The notes below the pieces were generated by a model. It saw only the letters and a program-made list of their open reading frames with translations, was not told the origin of the DNA and made no database searches. Positions 1-9,059 of a stretch of 64,000 nt of DNA are shown here, one piece after another (position 1 is the stretch's first letter; every line of letters begins with the position of its first letter). This DNA is from an uncultured Gemmatimonadales bacterium (GTDB lineage Bacteria > Gemmatimonadota > Gemmatimonadetes > Longimicrobiales > RSA9): the NCBI GenBank assembly GCA_963816355.1, contig CAWFKH010000003.1:992001-1056000 (forward strand), written 5' to 3'. Made by a program: the position numbers and the translations under genes.

Positions 1-473
1 CTGGCGGTCTGCAGCACGTTCTCGAGGTCGACGACTGCCGCCGCCGTGAGCGTGTCGCCTTCCCGCAGGATCGGCGTGTTCGGCGTGCCGGGCGAGATGT
101 CGATGTACTTGTCGCCCAGCAGGCCCTGCGAGCGGATGAAGGCGCGCGAGTCGCGCCGGATCTGCCGCCGCACGCCTTCGTCGATGGCGACGCCGACGGC
201 CACGTGGCGCTCCTCCGTCTGCTCCTCGAGGGGCAGGAAGTCGATCGCGCTCACCTGGCCCACGCGCTGCCCGGCGAGGGTGACGGGGGCGCCCTCGCGC
301 AGCCCGGCGGCGCTGGAGACGACCGTGGTGAGCCGGTAGCGAGAGGCGAAGATATCGAAGACCTTGCCCACCTCGTAGACGGCGACGGCCAACACGACGA
401 GGCCGACAATGGCGAGGATCCCGACGCGCACCATGCGGGCGCGGTCCCTGGCCCGGGCGGAGGCGCTGGCCAT
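1..473 (-). CDS. mlaD: MlaD/MCE family lipid transport substrate-binding protein (3' end runs off the window)
   Basis: Manual translation from ATG at 473: MASASARARDRARMVRVGILAIVGLVVLAVAVY...AAGLREGAPVTLAGQRVGQV...SQGLLGDKYIDISPG. N-terminal TM plus MCE motifs; TGATG overlap with the mlaF stop. Confidence 0.9.
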   Translation of the reverse strand, partial: MASASARARDRARMVRVGILAIVGLVVLAVAVYEVGKVFDIFASRYRLTTVVSSAAGLREGAPVTLAGQRVGQVSAIDFLPLEEQTEERHVAVGVAIDEGVRRQIRRDSRAFIRSQGLLGDKYIDISPGTPNTPILREGDTLTAAAVVDLENVLQTA

Positions 474-1391
474 CAGCTCAGGAACGCGTTGATGTAAGGA
501 TCGTTCGCCGCGATCATCTCTTCGGGCGTGCCGTCGAAGCGGATCTCCCCCTCCTTCAACAGGTTCACCCGCGTGGCGACGCGAAAGCCGGCGCGGATGT
601 CGTGACTGACCACGAGCGACGTGACGCCGAGCTCCGTCTGCAGCTTCCGGATCAGCTTGTTGATCGTGCCGACGGTGAGCGGATCGAGGCCGGAAGTCGG
701 CTCGTCGTAGAGCACGATCTTGGGGTCGGTCGCGATCGCGCGTGCGATCCCGACCCGCTTCTTCATGCCGCCCGACAGCGAGCTCGGAAGCTGCCCCATC
801 ACCTCGTCCGGATCGAGGTCCACGAATTCGAGTCGTTCCCGGACCGTTCGCACGATCTCCTCCTCCTCCAGTTCCTTGCTCTCGCGCAGCGGGTAGGCGA
901 CGTTGTCGAACACGGTGAGGGAGTCGAAGAGCGCCGCGCTCTGGAACACCATGCCGATGCCGCGCCGCAGCTCGAGCGCCTCGTCGAAGCTCATCTCCGT
1001 CACGTCGCGGCCGAACACCTCGACGGTCGCCGCGGTCCGGCAGCAGGAAGCGCAGGATCAGCTTCAGGATCGTCGACTTGCCGGTGCCGGACTCGCCCAC
1101 CACGAGCAGCGTCTCGCCCTCGCGAGCCCGCAGGTCGATGCCTTCGAGCACGGGCCGCTCGAAGGAGAGCCAGACGTCCTCCAGCGCGATGACCACCGGC
1201 TGGTCGGCCAGCTCCTTCGCCTGCACCGGGCGCGGCGGCTCGTGCGTGCGAAGCTCCGAGCGGATCGCCTCGATGTGACGCTCGCGCTCGACCTGCGGCG
1301 GACCCTCGGCGTCCGCGCCGGGCTCATCCCGCCCACCGTCCGCTGCCGCCGGCTCCCGCGTCCGCTCCTCTTCCACCAGGCCCTCTCTCAC
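473..1391 (-). CDS. mlaF: MlaF-type ABC transporter ATP-binding protein with an apparent +1 frameshift near 1028
   Basis: The upstream frame from GTG 1391 gives LLVVGESGTGKSTILKLILRFLLPDRG (Walker A). ORF 473..1018 gives LSGGMKKRVGIARAIA and LYDEPTSGLDP. One extra base at about 1028-1030 joins the two frames. Confidence 0.85.
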
Positions 1392-2203
1392 AGCGGCGGC
1401 AGCAGCTCGAGCAGGAGCTGCGTCAGGAAGTAGTCGACCGCCAGGATGAGGATCGCCGACATCACGACGGCACGCGTCGTCGCCTCGCCCACGCCCTCCG
1501 TGCCGCCTTCCGTCGCCAGGCCGTAGTAGCACCCGGTCAGCGTGATGATCGCGCCGAACACCAGCGGCTTCACGAGTCCGCTCACGAAGTCGCGCGGAAA
1601 GACGCCGAAGACGAAGCCGGACTGCGCGATCGTCTGCCAGATGCTCGTCAGGTAGATGTCGGCCGGGATCTGCATCCGGAAGACCGCGATCAGCAGTCCA
1701 CCGAAGATCCCCACGACGTCCGCGACCACCGTGAGCAGCGGCATCATCAGGACGCCCGCGATGAGGCGCGGCGTCACCAGCTTCTTGATCGGATCCGTGC
1801 CGAAGCTCTGCAGCGCGTCGATCTGCTCCGTGACGCGCATCGAGCCGATCTCGGCCGCGATGCCGGACCCGACGCGGCTCGCGACCATGAGCGAGCTGAG
1901 CACCGGCCCCAGCTCGCGGATCATCGACGCGCCCACCAGCGCTCCCACGTAGATCTGCGCGCCGAAGCGGGCCAGCGAGATGGAGCTCTGCAGGGCGAGC
2001 ACCATGCCCGTGAAGAGACCGGTGAGCATCACGATCGGCAGCGAGCCCACGCCCAGCCGGTCCATCTGCGTCACCGTGTCGCGCCAGTAGAACGGCCGCG
2101 CGGCCACGAATCGCGCGGCGCGGCCGCCGAGCGTGAAATACTCCTGCACGCCGATCGCGATGCTGCGCATCCAATCGTCGACGACGGCGACGACCCGTTG
2201 CAT
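1388..2203 (-). CDS. mlaE: MlaE-type ABC transporter permease
   Basis: RELGPVL, GSGIAAEIGSMRVTEQIDAL and GVGEATTRAVV motifs; lies upstream of mlaF and mlaD. Confidence 0.93.
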   Translation of the reverse strand: MQRVVAVVDDWMRSIAIGVQEYFTLGGRAARFVAARPFYWRDTVTQMDRLGVGSLPIVMLTGLFTGMVLALQSSISLARFGAQIYVGALVGASMIRELGPVLSSLMVASRVGSGIAAEIGSMRVTEQIDALQSFGTDPIKKLVTPRLIAGVLMMPLLTVVADVVGIFGGLLIAVFRMQIPADIYLTSIWQTIAQSGFVFGVFPRDFVSGLVKPLVFGAIITLTGCYYGLATEGGTEGVGEATTRAVVMSAILILAVDYFLTQLLLELLPPL

Positions 2204-2241
2204 CCGCGCTGTCTCCTTCGGCGAGGGCGGGCGGCGTGCGC

Positions 2242-2270
2242 TTTACAAGCGGAGAGGCCCCGCGTACGTT
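2242..2270 (+). promoter_or_regulatory. Putative sigma70 promoter for hldA
   Basis: TTTACA-17 bp-TACGTT in the divergent intergenic gap. Confidence 0.45.
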
Positions 2271-2342
2271 CGGCCCCGATTGCGCGTTCGGACCCCCCGC
2301 AGACACAAGTTCCGTGCCGAACACCACCCCGCGGCGCTCCGC

Positions 2343-3335
2343 GTGAATCACGTCGATCCGGCCCGCGCCCGCGTCCTCCTCGACGGCGCGCGGCAGCGAC
2401 GCATCCTCGTCGTCGGCGACCTCATGCTCGACGTCTACCTGCGCGGCGAGGTGAGCCGCGTCTCGCCCGAAGCGCCCGTACCGGTCGTTCACGTGCGCGA
2501 GGAGTGGCGCGCGCTGGGCGGCGCCGCCAACGTCGCCGCGAACGCGGCCGCGCTCGGCGTCGCGTGCGACGTCCTCGGCTGCATCGGAGAGGATGCGGCC
2601 GGCGCCGCGCTGCGCGTCAGCCTCGCGGACGCCGGGATCGGCGACGCCGGCGTCGTCGCCGTCGCGGGCCGGCCGACCACGACGAAGACGCGCGTCATGG
2701 CCCGCCACCAGCAGGTCGCCCGCTACGATCAGGAGGCGCTCGAGCCGCTCGCGGCGGACGCCGTCTCCCGCCTCGTCGACCGCATCGAGGCGCTCGCCCC
2801 GCGCTGCGACGCCATCGTGCTCGAGGACTACGACAAGGGCGTCCTCGTCCCCGCCGTGATCGATGCCGCGCTCGACGCGGCGCGCCGCCTCGGGCGGCCG
2901 GTCGTCGTGGATCCGAAGGCGGACCACTTCTTCGACTACCGCGGCGCCACCGTCTTCAAGCCGAACCGCGGCGAGCTCGCGGCCGCGCTGCGCGCGCCGG
3001 TCCTCGCCGACGACGCCGCGTGGCTCGAGCGCACCCGCCGGCACCTCGAGTGCAGCCATCTCCTCGTCACGCTCGGCGAGGACGGCCTGGCGCTCATGAC
3101 CGAGGAGGGAGAGTACGCGCGCGTGCCCACCGTCGCCCGCTCCGTATTTGACGTCTCCGGCGCCGGCGACACGGTCACCGCCGTGATCGCGGCGACGCTT
3201 ACCGCCGGGGGCACGATCCTCGAAGCGGCGGTGCTCGCGAACCACGCGGCGGGCGTCGAGATCGGCAAGCTCGGCGTCGCCACGGTGTCGGGCGAGGAGC
3301 TGCTGGGCGCGATCGCCGACCACGCGGCCGGCTGA
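2343..3335 (+). CDS. hldA: D-glycero-beta-D-manno-heptose-7-phosphate kinase (RfaE domain I, PfkB family)
   Basis: ILVVGDLMLDVY, RVSPEAPVPV, GGAANVA and DVSGAGDTV; likely start is GTG 2343. Confidence 0.92.
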   Translation: MNHVDPARARVLLDGARQRRILVVGDLMLDVYLRGEVSRVSPEAPVPVVHVREEWRALGGAANVAANAAALGVACDVLGCIGEDAAGAALRVSLADAGIGDAGVVAVAGRPTTTKTRVMARHQQVARYDQEALEPLAADAVSRLVDRIEALAPRCDAIVLEDYDKGVLVPAVIDAALDAARRLGRPVVVDPKADHFFDYRGATVFKPNRGELAAALRAPVLADDAAWLERTRRHLECSHLLVTLGEDGLALMTEEGEYARVPTVARSVFDVSGAGDTVTAVIAATLTAGGTILEAAVLANHAAGVEIGKLGVATVSGEELLGAIADHAAG

Positions 3336-3392
3336 GCCCCGCGGCGGCGCGGCGCCAGCCGGGCCACGCGACACTGCAACCACGACAGGAGA

Positions 3393-3785
3393 ATGAGGAT
3401 GGCAGAGATCGAGCGCGTGCACACGGACGCGGCGCCGAAGGCGATCGGCCCCTACAGCCAGGCGATCGTCCACGGCGACCTGGTGTTCACCGCCGGGCAG
3501 ATCCCGATCGACCCCGCCAGCGGCGACATCCTCGCCGGCGACGTCGCCGTCCAGACCGACCGCGTCCTGAAGAACCTCGCCGCGGTCCTCGAGGCCGCCG
3601 GCACCTCCCTCGGGCGAGCGATCAAGACCACCGTCTTCCTCGCCGACATGGACGATTTTCCCGCCATGAACGAGGTCTACGGCCGCCACTTCGGCGACCA
3701 TCGGCCGGCGCGCTCGACCGTCCAGGTGGGAAGCCTGCCGAAGGACGTGCGCGTCGAGATCGACGTGGTCGCCGCACGCGCCTGA
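3393..3785 (+). CDS. ridA: RidA/YjgF family enamine/imine deaminase
   Basis: APKAIGPYSQA, MNEVY, PARSTVQV and VEIDVVA. Confidence 0.92.
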   Translation: MRMAEIERVHTDAAPKAIGPYSQAIVHGDLVFTAGQIPIDPASGDILAGDVAVQTDRVLKNLAAVLEAAGTSLGRAIKTTVFLADMDDFPAMNEVYGRHFGDHRPARSTVQVGSLPKDVRVEIDVVAARA

Positions 3786-3810
3786 CATCGCGCCGCCGGC
3801 GCCGCGGGAC

Positions 3811-3874
3811 CGCTCCGCGCCGCGCCCGTCTCGCGCTCCGCGCCGCGCCCGCCGCGCGCTCGCCGCCGCGCCCG
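3811..3874 (+). repeat. Three imperfect tandem repeats with 23-bp period (core CGCTCCGCGCCGCGCCCG)
   Basis: Units start at 3811, 3834 and 3857 in the ridA-mltD intergenic region. Confidence 0.6.
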
Positions 3875-3921
3875 CACGGCCCTTGCTACGGTAGGACACG
3901 AGGCCGGGCCCCGCGCCCGGT

Positions 3922-5103
3922 ATGTGGACCCGTTCGGGTGAGGTGACGATGTCGGTGGAACGCGAGCGCGGCGACGACACGCGCGACGGACGCGGCGGCG
4001 AGGCGCGCGGCAGACGCGGCGAAGGACCGAACCTCGGGCGCGGCGAAGGCCCGAACCTCGGACGAGGCGAGGAGCCGCAAGGCGGAGACGGCGACGAACG
4101 TGCCGACGCGCGCCGGCGGTGGCGTGGACCGCGGCCGCGCGAGGCGCTGGCGGTCGGCCTGGCCGCCGCGGCGTCCGGGTTGCTCGGCGCTGGCATGGCG
4201 CTGCGCCCGCGCCCGACGCCCGCCGCCGCACCGAGGCGGAAGAAGCCGGACCCGCAGGCGGAGATGGCGCACGCGCGGTCGACGCGCTGGGACCTGCCTG
4301 CCGTCCGCAACGACCGCGTCGACTTCTTCATCGAGTTCCTGATGGGGAAGAACCACGACAAGACGCGCGCCTGGCTCGAGCGCGTCGGCCGCTACGGTCC
4401 GATGATCCGGGAGAAGCTGCGCGAGCGCGGCATGCCCGAGGACCTGCTCTACCTCGCCATGATCGAGAGCGGTCTCAACCCGAACGCGTACTCCTCCGCC
4501 GACGCCGCCGGCCTGTGGCAGTTCATCGCGCCGACCGGCGAGCGCTACGGCCTCGAGGTGAGCCGCTGGGTGGACCAGCGGCGCGACCCGCTCAAGGCGA
4601 CCGACGCGGCGCTCACCTACCTTCAGGAGCTCCACGACCGCTTCGGCAGCTGGTACCTCGCCGCCGCCGCCTACAACACCGGCGAGAACCGCGTCGCGCG
4701 GATCCTGGACGAGAAGGCGGGCGGCGCCCGCGGCGACGACTCCCTCTACTGGAAGATCGCGCCCGACCTCCCGCGCGAGACCAGGGATTACGTGCCGGTC
4801 ATGCTCGCCATGGGCTACATCGCGAAGGACCCCGCGCGCTACGGCTTCGCCGACCTGCAGCACCAGACGCCGCTCCGCTTCGAGCCGGTCACGGTGGCGG
4901 GCGGCACCTCGCTCGACGACGTCGCCCGCGCCGCCGGCGCCGACGCGGCCACGATCGCCGAACTCAACCCGCAGCTCGTGCGCGGCAGCACGCCGCCCGG
5001 CCGCTCGTGGCGCGTGCGCGTCCCCCTCGGCGCCGCCGCTCCGGTCCTTGCGCTCTACGCTCCCGAGGGCGCGGCGGCGCCGGGCACGCGCAGGGCCGAC
5101 TGA
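3922..5103 (+). CDS. MltD-like lytic murein transglycosylase (SLT domain plus LysM-like C-terminus)
   Basis: LYLAMIESG (catalytic Glu), AAGLWQF, AAAAYNTGE, ETRDYVP and IAELNPQL; start may be ATG 3949. Confidence 0.88.
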   Translation: MWTRSGEVTMSVERERGDDTRDGRGGEARGRRGEGPNLGRGEGPNLGRGEEPQGGDGDERADARRRWRGPRPREALAVGLAAAASGLLGAGMALRPRPTPAAAPRRKKPDPQAEMAHARSTRWDLPAVRNDRVDFFIEFLMGKNHDKTRAWLERVGRYGPMIREKLRERGMPEDLLYLAMIESGLNPNAYSSADAAGLWQFIAPTGERYGLEVSRWVDQRRDPLKATDAALTYLQELHDRFGSWYLAAAAYNTGENRVARILDEKAGGARGDDSLYWKIAPDLPRETRDYVPVMLAMGYIAKDPARYGFADLQHQTPLRFEPVTVAGGTSLDDVARAAGADAATIAELNPQLVRGSTPPGRSWRVRVPLGAAAPVLALYAPEGAAAPGTRRAD

Positions 5104-5128
5104 GGAGCCGCCGGATCCGGCGCACGCC

Positions 5129-5158
5129 TTGACGGCGCGCGCCGCGGGCGGCCATCCT
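5129..5158 (+). promoter_or_regulatory. Putative sigma70 promoter for selC
   Basis: TTGACG-18 bp-CATCCT about 30 nt upstream of the tRNA-Sec. Confidence 0.4.
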
Positions 5159-5186
5159 CCTGCCCCGTGCGACGACACCCGAACGG

Positions 5187-5283
5187 GGGGGCGGATCTGG
5201 CCTGGTGGCTGGCCACGTCTTCAAAACGTGCGTGCGTGGCTGAGACCCGCGCAGGTGAGTTCGATTCTCACACGCTCCCGCCA
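5187..5283 (+). tRNA. selC: tRNA-Sec (anticodon UCA)
   Basis: Long acceptor stem GGGGGCGG/ACGCTCCC, 6-bp D stem CTGGCC-TGGT-GGCTGG with 4-nt loop, anticodon arm CACGT-CT-TCA-AA-ACGTG, long variable arm, T arm GTGAG-TTCGATT-CTCAC, and a G-CCA end. Confidence 0.93.
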
Positions 5284-5328
5284 TCGCTTCCGCCGGCCGG
5301 CTTCTCCTCACGCGCCAGGACCTGCCGA

Positions 5329-6255
5329 GTGCAATTCATCGTGAACCCGACGGCCGGCGGCGGCCGGGCCCGCCGCGCCGCACGCGCCATCGAGCGGCGA
5401 CTCTCGCGCGCAGGCGTCGACTTCCGCCTCGCCGAGACCGCCGGCCGCGGCGACGCGCTCGACCTCGCCCGCGAGGCGGCCCGAGCCGGGGCGGACGCGG
5501 TCGTCGCCGTGGGCGGCGACGGCACCGTGCACGAGATCGTCAACGGCCTGCTGCGCGCCCGAGAGGAGCAGGTACCGCTGCCGCCGTTCGGCGTCGTGCC
5601 GGCCGGCTCCGGCAACGACTTCGTCACCTCGGCGGCGGGGACCTCCGACGCGCTGGCGCTGTACAACGCGCTGCGTGGCGGCGCGCTGCGAAGCGTGGAC
5701 GCCGGGCGGGTCGAGTGGCCGGGGGGCCACGCCTATTTCGTCAACGCGATGGGCCTCGGGATCGACGTCGAGGTGGTGCGGCAGGTGGAGCGGTCGCCGC
5801 GGCTGCCCGGCCTCGCGGGCTACCTCCTCGCCCTCGCCCGCGCGCTCGTCGGCTTCTCGGCGGTTCCGGTGCGCTTGCGCGTGGACGGCGAGGAGTGGCG
5901 GGGACGCGTCATGATGGCGGCCGTGTCCAACGGCGCGCGCCTCGGCGGCGGCTTCCGCCTCTCCCCCGACGCGCGCATCGACGACGGCCACCTCGACCTC
6001 TGTATCGTGAGCCGGCTCGGCGCGTGGGGCGTCGCGCGCGCCGTCCCCAGGATCCTCGCGGGCACGCACGGAACAATGGCGGCGGTGACCATGCGAAAGG
6101 GAACGATGATCGAGATCGAGCGCACCGACGGCGCCTCTCTCGTCCTGCAGCTCGACGGCGAGCTGTGCGACGTCGGCCCCGCCGCGCTCACCCGCGTCGC
6201 CGCGCTCCCCGGCGCGCTCCGGCTCATCGTTCCCGCGGCCGAAGGCGCCGCTTGA
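5329..6255 (+). CDS. Diacylglycerol/lipid kinase family protein (YegS/BmrU-like)
   Basis: IVNPTAGGG, AVGGDGTVHEIVNG, PAGSGNDF and QLDGE. Start placed at GTG 5329 because the longer ORF overlaps the tRNA. Confidence 0.9.
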   Translation: MQFIVNPTAGGGRARRAARAIERRLSRAGVDFRLAETAGRGDALDLAREAARAGADAVVAVGGDGTVHEIVNGLLRAREEQVPLPPFGVVPAGSGNDFVTSAAGTSDALALYNALRGGALRSVDAGRVEWPGGHAYFVNAMGLGIDVEVVRQVERSPRLPGLAGYLLALARALVGFSAVPVRLRVDGEEWRGRVMMAAVSNGARLGGGFRLSPDARIDDGHLDLCIVSRLGAWGVARAVPRILAGTHGTMAAVTMRKGTMIEIERTDGASLVLQLDGELCDVGPAALTRVAALPGALRLIVPAAEGAA

Positions 6256-6893
6256 TGCCGCCGCCGCGCCGCCGCGCCGGCCGCGGGCCGGCGACGTCGC
6301 TCGCGCTGCTCCTCGCGCTCGCCGCGCTCCACGCCGCGCCGGCCGCCGCGCAGCAGCCCGCGCTGCCGGACAGCAACGCGTTCAGGGTCCCGCCCGGCAC
6401 GCCGTCGCCCGCGGGCGCGATGCTCCGCTCGCTCGTCGTACCCGGCTGGGGACAGGCCGCCTCCCGCGCCTACTTCCGCGGCGGCATCTACTTCGCGGCG
6501 GTCACCGGAAGCTGGATCATGGTCTTCAAGACCAACGACAACCTCGCCTCGGCGCGTACGGTCGAGTCGATCCGCCGCGCCTTCGCGCGCGATTCGATCC
6601 TCGCCGCCGCGGAGACCGACCGCGCCCTGGCGAGCCGCATCAAGGACCCGCTCGGCTTCCGGCAGGCGGTCGACAGTACCGACGCCGTGGCGGCCGAACA
6701 TCGGCTGGCCGACTCGCGCCGCGGCCAGCGCCAGGACTGGATCGCGCAGGTGATCTTCTGGACGCTCGCCGGCGCCGCCGACGCGTACGTGACGAACCAG
6801 CTCGTCGACTTCCCCGTCGACGTGCGCGCCGCACCGCGCGCCGGCGGCGGCGTCGAGTTCGGCATCGGCGTGCCGTGGAAGGGACCCCGTTGA
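6255..6893 (+). CDS. Hypothetical exported/membrane protein (DUF5683-like SxxVPGWGQ motif)
   Basis: Signal peptide LALLLALAALHAAPAAAQ and motif AMLRSLVVPGWGQA; TGATG coupling to the upstream gene. Confidence 0.65.
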   Translation: MPPPRRRAGRGPATSLALLLALAALHAAPAAAQQPALPDSNAFRVPPGTPSPAGAMLRSLVVPGWGQAASRAYFRGGIYFAAVTGSWIMVFKTNDNLASARTVESIRRAFARDSILAAAETDRALASRIKDPLGFRQAVDSTDAVAAEHRLADSRRGQRQDWIAQVIFWTLAGAADAYVTNQLVDFPVDVRAAPRAGGGVEFGIGVPWKGPR

Positions 6894-7810
6894 GAGACGG
6901 GGCCGAACGGCCGATCGGCGACGCGGACCGGGGCGGAGCCGACACGCGCCCCATCGGCGTCTTCGATTCGGGCATCGGAGGACTCACCGTGGTGAGCGAG
7001 CTGGTGCGCCGCCTGCCGCACGAGTCGATCCTCTACTTCGGCGACACCGCCCGCCTGCCCTACGGCCCGAAGTCGCCCGAGACCGTCGTGCGCTATTCGC
7101 GCGAGGCCGCCGCTTTCCTCCTGTCGCGCGACGTGAAGGCGATCGTCGTCGCGTGCAACACGGCGACCGCCCACGCCCTCGCCGAGTTGGAGCGGTCGAC
7201 GCCCGTGCCGGTCATCGGCGTGGTCGACGCGGGCGCGCGCGCGGCGATCGCCGCCACCCGGACGGGACGGATCGGCGTCATCGGGACCGCCGGCACGATC
7301 GGCTCCGGCGCCTACGACCGCGCCATCCGCGCCGCCAGGGCCGACGCTCACGTCTACGCGCAGCCGTGCCCCCTCTTCGTGCCGCTCGTCGAGGAAGGCC
7401 TCGTAGAACACGCCGCCACGGAGATGATCGCGCGCGACTACCTGCGCCCGCTCCACGACGTAGACGTGGACGTCCTGATCCTCGGCTGCACCCACTACCC
7501 GCTGCTGCGCCCGCTGCTCGGCAGGATCATGGGCCCGGACGTCACCCTCGTCGACTCCGCCGAGGAAACGGCCCGCGACGCCGCCGAAGTGCTCCAGGCC
7601 GCCTCGCTCCTCGCGCCCCCGGGCGCTGCCGTCACGCGCCATTTCACCGCGAGCGACCTGCCACTCCGCTTCCGCGACATCGGCCGCCGCTTCGTCGGCG
7701 GCATCATCGACGATGTCGAGCGGGTCGACGTCGAGGGCGCCGCGCCGCCGCCTCCTCACTCCTCCCAGCGCCGCAGCGCCGGCGCCGCCCCGTCCGGCAC
7801 CGTCACGTAG
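6875..7810 (+). CDS. murI: Glutamate racemase
   Basis: IGVFDSGIGGLTV, PYGPKS, VACNTA and LGCTHYP. Confidence 0.95.
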   Translation: MEGTPLRDGAERPIGDADRGGADTRPIGVFDSGIGGLTVVSELVRRLPHESILYFGDTARLPYGPKSPETVVRYSREAAAFLLSRDVKAIVVACNTATAHALAELERSTPVPVIGVVDAGARAAIAATRTGRIGVIGTAGTIGSGAYDRAIRAARADAHVYAQPCPLFVPLVEEGLVEHAATEMIARDYLRPLHDVDVDVLILGCTHYPLLRPLLGRIMGPDVTLVDSAEETARDAAEVLQAASLLAPPGAAVTRHFTASDLPLRFRDIGRRFVGGIIDDVERVDVEGAAPPPPHSSQRRSAGAAPSGTVT

Positions 7811-8481
7811 GCCGCCTCGCGCAGCCAGTCGCCCGCGTTGACGTAGTGGCGGCCGGGCGCCACCTCCGTGATCTCTGCCCGGTGCGCGTGGCCGCACACC
7901 ACCAGCGAGAGCTCCGACTCCTCCGCGAGCCGCGCCTCCGCCCACGCGCGGATGTAGGCAGCCCGTCCGACGCCGCCGCCTGCCGGCCCCTTCGCCTCCG
8001 TCGACGACACCGCGCGCGCCAACCGCAGCCCCAGCTCCGGGTGCAGCGCGCGGAACGCGGCGATCGCGCCCCGGCTGCGAATCGCCGCCTTGAGGGTGCG
8101 GTACTTCAGGTCGCCGCCCCCCACGCCGTCGCCGTGCGCGACGAGCGCGGCGCGGCCGCCGAGACGCAGGCGGATCGGGCCGTCGCGAAAGTCCAACCCC
8201 ACGCGCTCGCGCAGGAAGCGGCCGCCCCACGCGTCGTGATTGCCGCCGATCATCGTGACCGGCACCCCCGCGTCCGCCAGGTCCGCGAGCGCTGCCAGCG
8301 TGCGGAAATGGCGGCTCGGCACCACGTCGCCCCATTCGAACCAGAAGTCGAACAGGTCGCCCGCGACGAGCAGCGAGCGCGCGCGCCCCGGCAGCGAGCG
8401 GAGGAAGGCGACGAACGCCCGCTCCGTCGCGTCCGGCACCGCGCCCAGGTGCACGTCCGAGACGACGTAGTCGGTTCCCAT
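7756..8481 (-). CDS. lpxH: UDP-2,3-diacylglucosamine diphosphatase (metallophosphoesterase)
   Basis: SDVHLG, GDLFDFWFEW, GNHD, AHGD, CGHAH and NAGDW. Confidence 0.85.
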   Translation of the reverse strand: MGTDYVVSDVHLGAVPDATERAFVAFLRSLPGRARSLLVAGDLFDFWFEWGDVVPSRHFRTLAALADLADAGVPVTMIGGNHDAWGGRFLRERVGLDFRDGPIRLRLGGRAALVAHGDGVGGGDLKYRTLKAAIRSRGAIAAFRALHPELGLRLARAVSSTEAKGPAGGGVGRAAYIRAWAEARLAEESELSLVVCGHAHRAEITEVAPGRHYVNAGDWLREAAYVTVPDGAAPALRRWEE

Positions 8482-8548
8482 GTGGCGGCCAAGCTAGACG
8501 ACGCGCGCGCGGTGCCACAAGGGCGCCGCCGCAATGGCGCCGCCGCGG

Positions 8549-8578
8549 TTGACGCGCCCCTCCGGCCACCGGTAGGAT
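8549..8578 (+). promoter_or_regulatory. Putative sigma70 promoter
   Basis: TTGACG-18 bp-TAGGAT, followed by a GGGAGG RBS before ATG 8616. Confidence 0.5.
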
Positions 8579-8615
8579 CACGCTTCCATCGGCCGGGAGG
8601 GAGGGAAGCGCACGC

Positions 8616-9059
8616 ATGGAGGCCGCAGCGACCGCGGGCACGACGAACACGCGCGTACGCGTGCGCTACGCGGAGACCGACCAGATGGGCGTCGCCTATC
8701 ACGCGCACTATCTGGTGTGGTGCGAGGTGGGGCGCACCGATCTGATCCGCCACCTCGGCGCGCCCTACCGCGAGCTCGAAGAGGGCGGCCTCCGCCTCGC
8801 CGTCGTCGACGCCGCCGTCCGCTACCACGCCCCCGCTCGCTATGACGACGTCGTGCGCGTCGAGACCCGCGTCGAGCGCGTGCGCTCCCGCGGCGTCAAC
8901 TTCGCCTATCGCCTCGTCCGCGAGGAGCCCGCCCCCGAAACGCGACTCGCCACCGCGACCACCCACCTCATCGCGCTCCGCCCCGATGGCGTTCCGGGTA
9001 GCCTGCCCCGCTCCCTCATCGAACGTCTGAGCCGTGCCGCGGGTAGTAGCGTTCCATGA
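8616..9059 (+). CDS. Acyl-CoA thioesterase (YbgC/4HBT family)
   Basis: VRVRYAETDQMGVAYHAHYLVWCEVGRT and YHAPARYDD. Confidence 0.9.
   Translation: MEAAATAGTTNTRVRVRYAETDQMGVAYHAHYLVWCEVGRTDLIRHLGAPYRELEEGGLRLAVVDAAVRYHAPARYDDVVRVETRVERVRSRGVNFAYRLVREEPAPETRLATATTHLIALRPDGVPGSLPRSLIERLSRAAGSSVP

Noticed and set aside
3811..3874. CRISPR-like array
   Set aside because: Only three GC-rich units with 5-bp gaps; no unique spacers and no cas genes.
5167..5328. N-terminal extension of the lipid kinase ORF
   Set aside because: It overlaps tRNA-Sec, and the kinase motif begins at GTG 5329.
7756..7810. 55-bp convergent overlap of murI and lpxH as antisense regulation
   Set aside because: Short 3' overlaps are common in GC-rich genomes, and the murI tail is non-conserved run-on.
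6488..8650. Long antisense or alternative-frame ORFs (for example 6488-8650, 30300-32414, 34005-36344, 47950-49764)
   Set aside because: Shadow ORFs expected in high-GC DNA; Arg/Ala/Pro-rich with no motifs, and they overlap well-supported genes.
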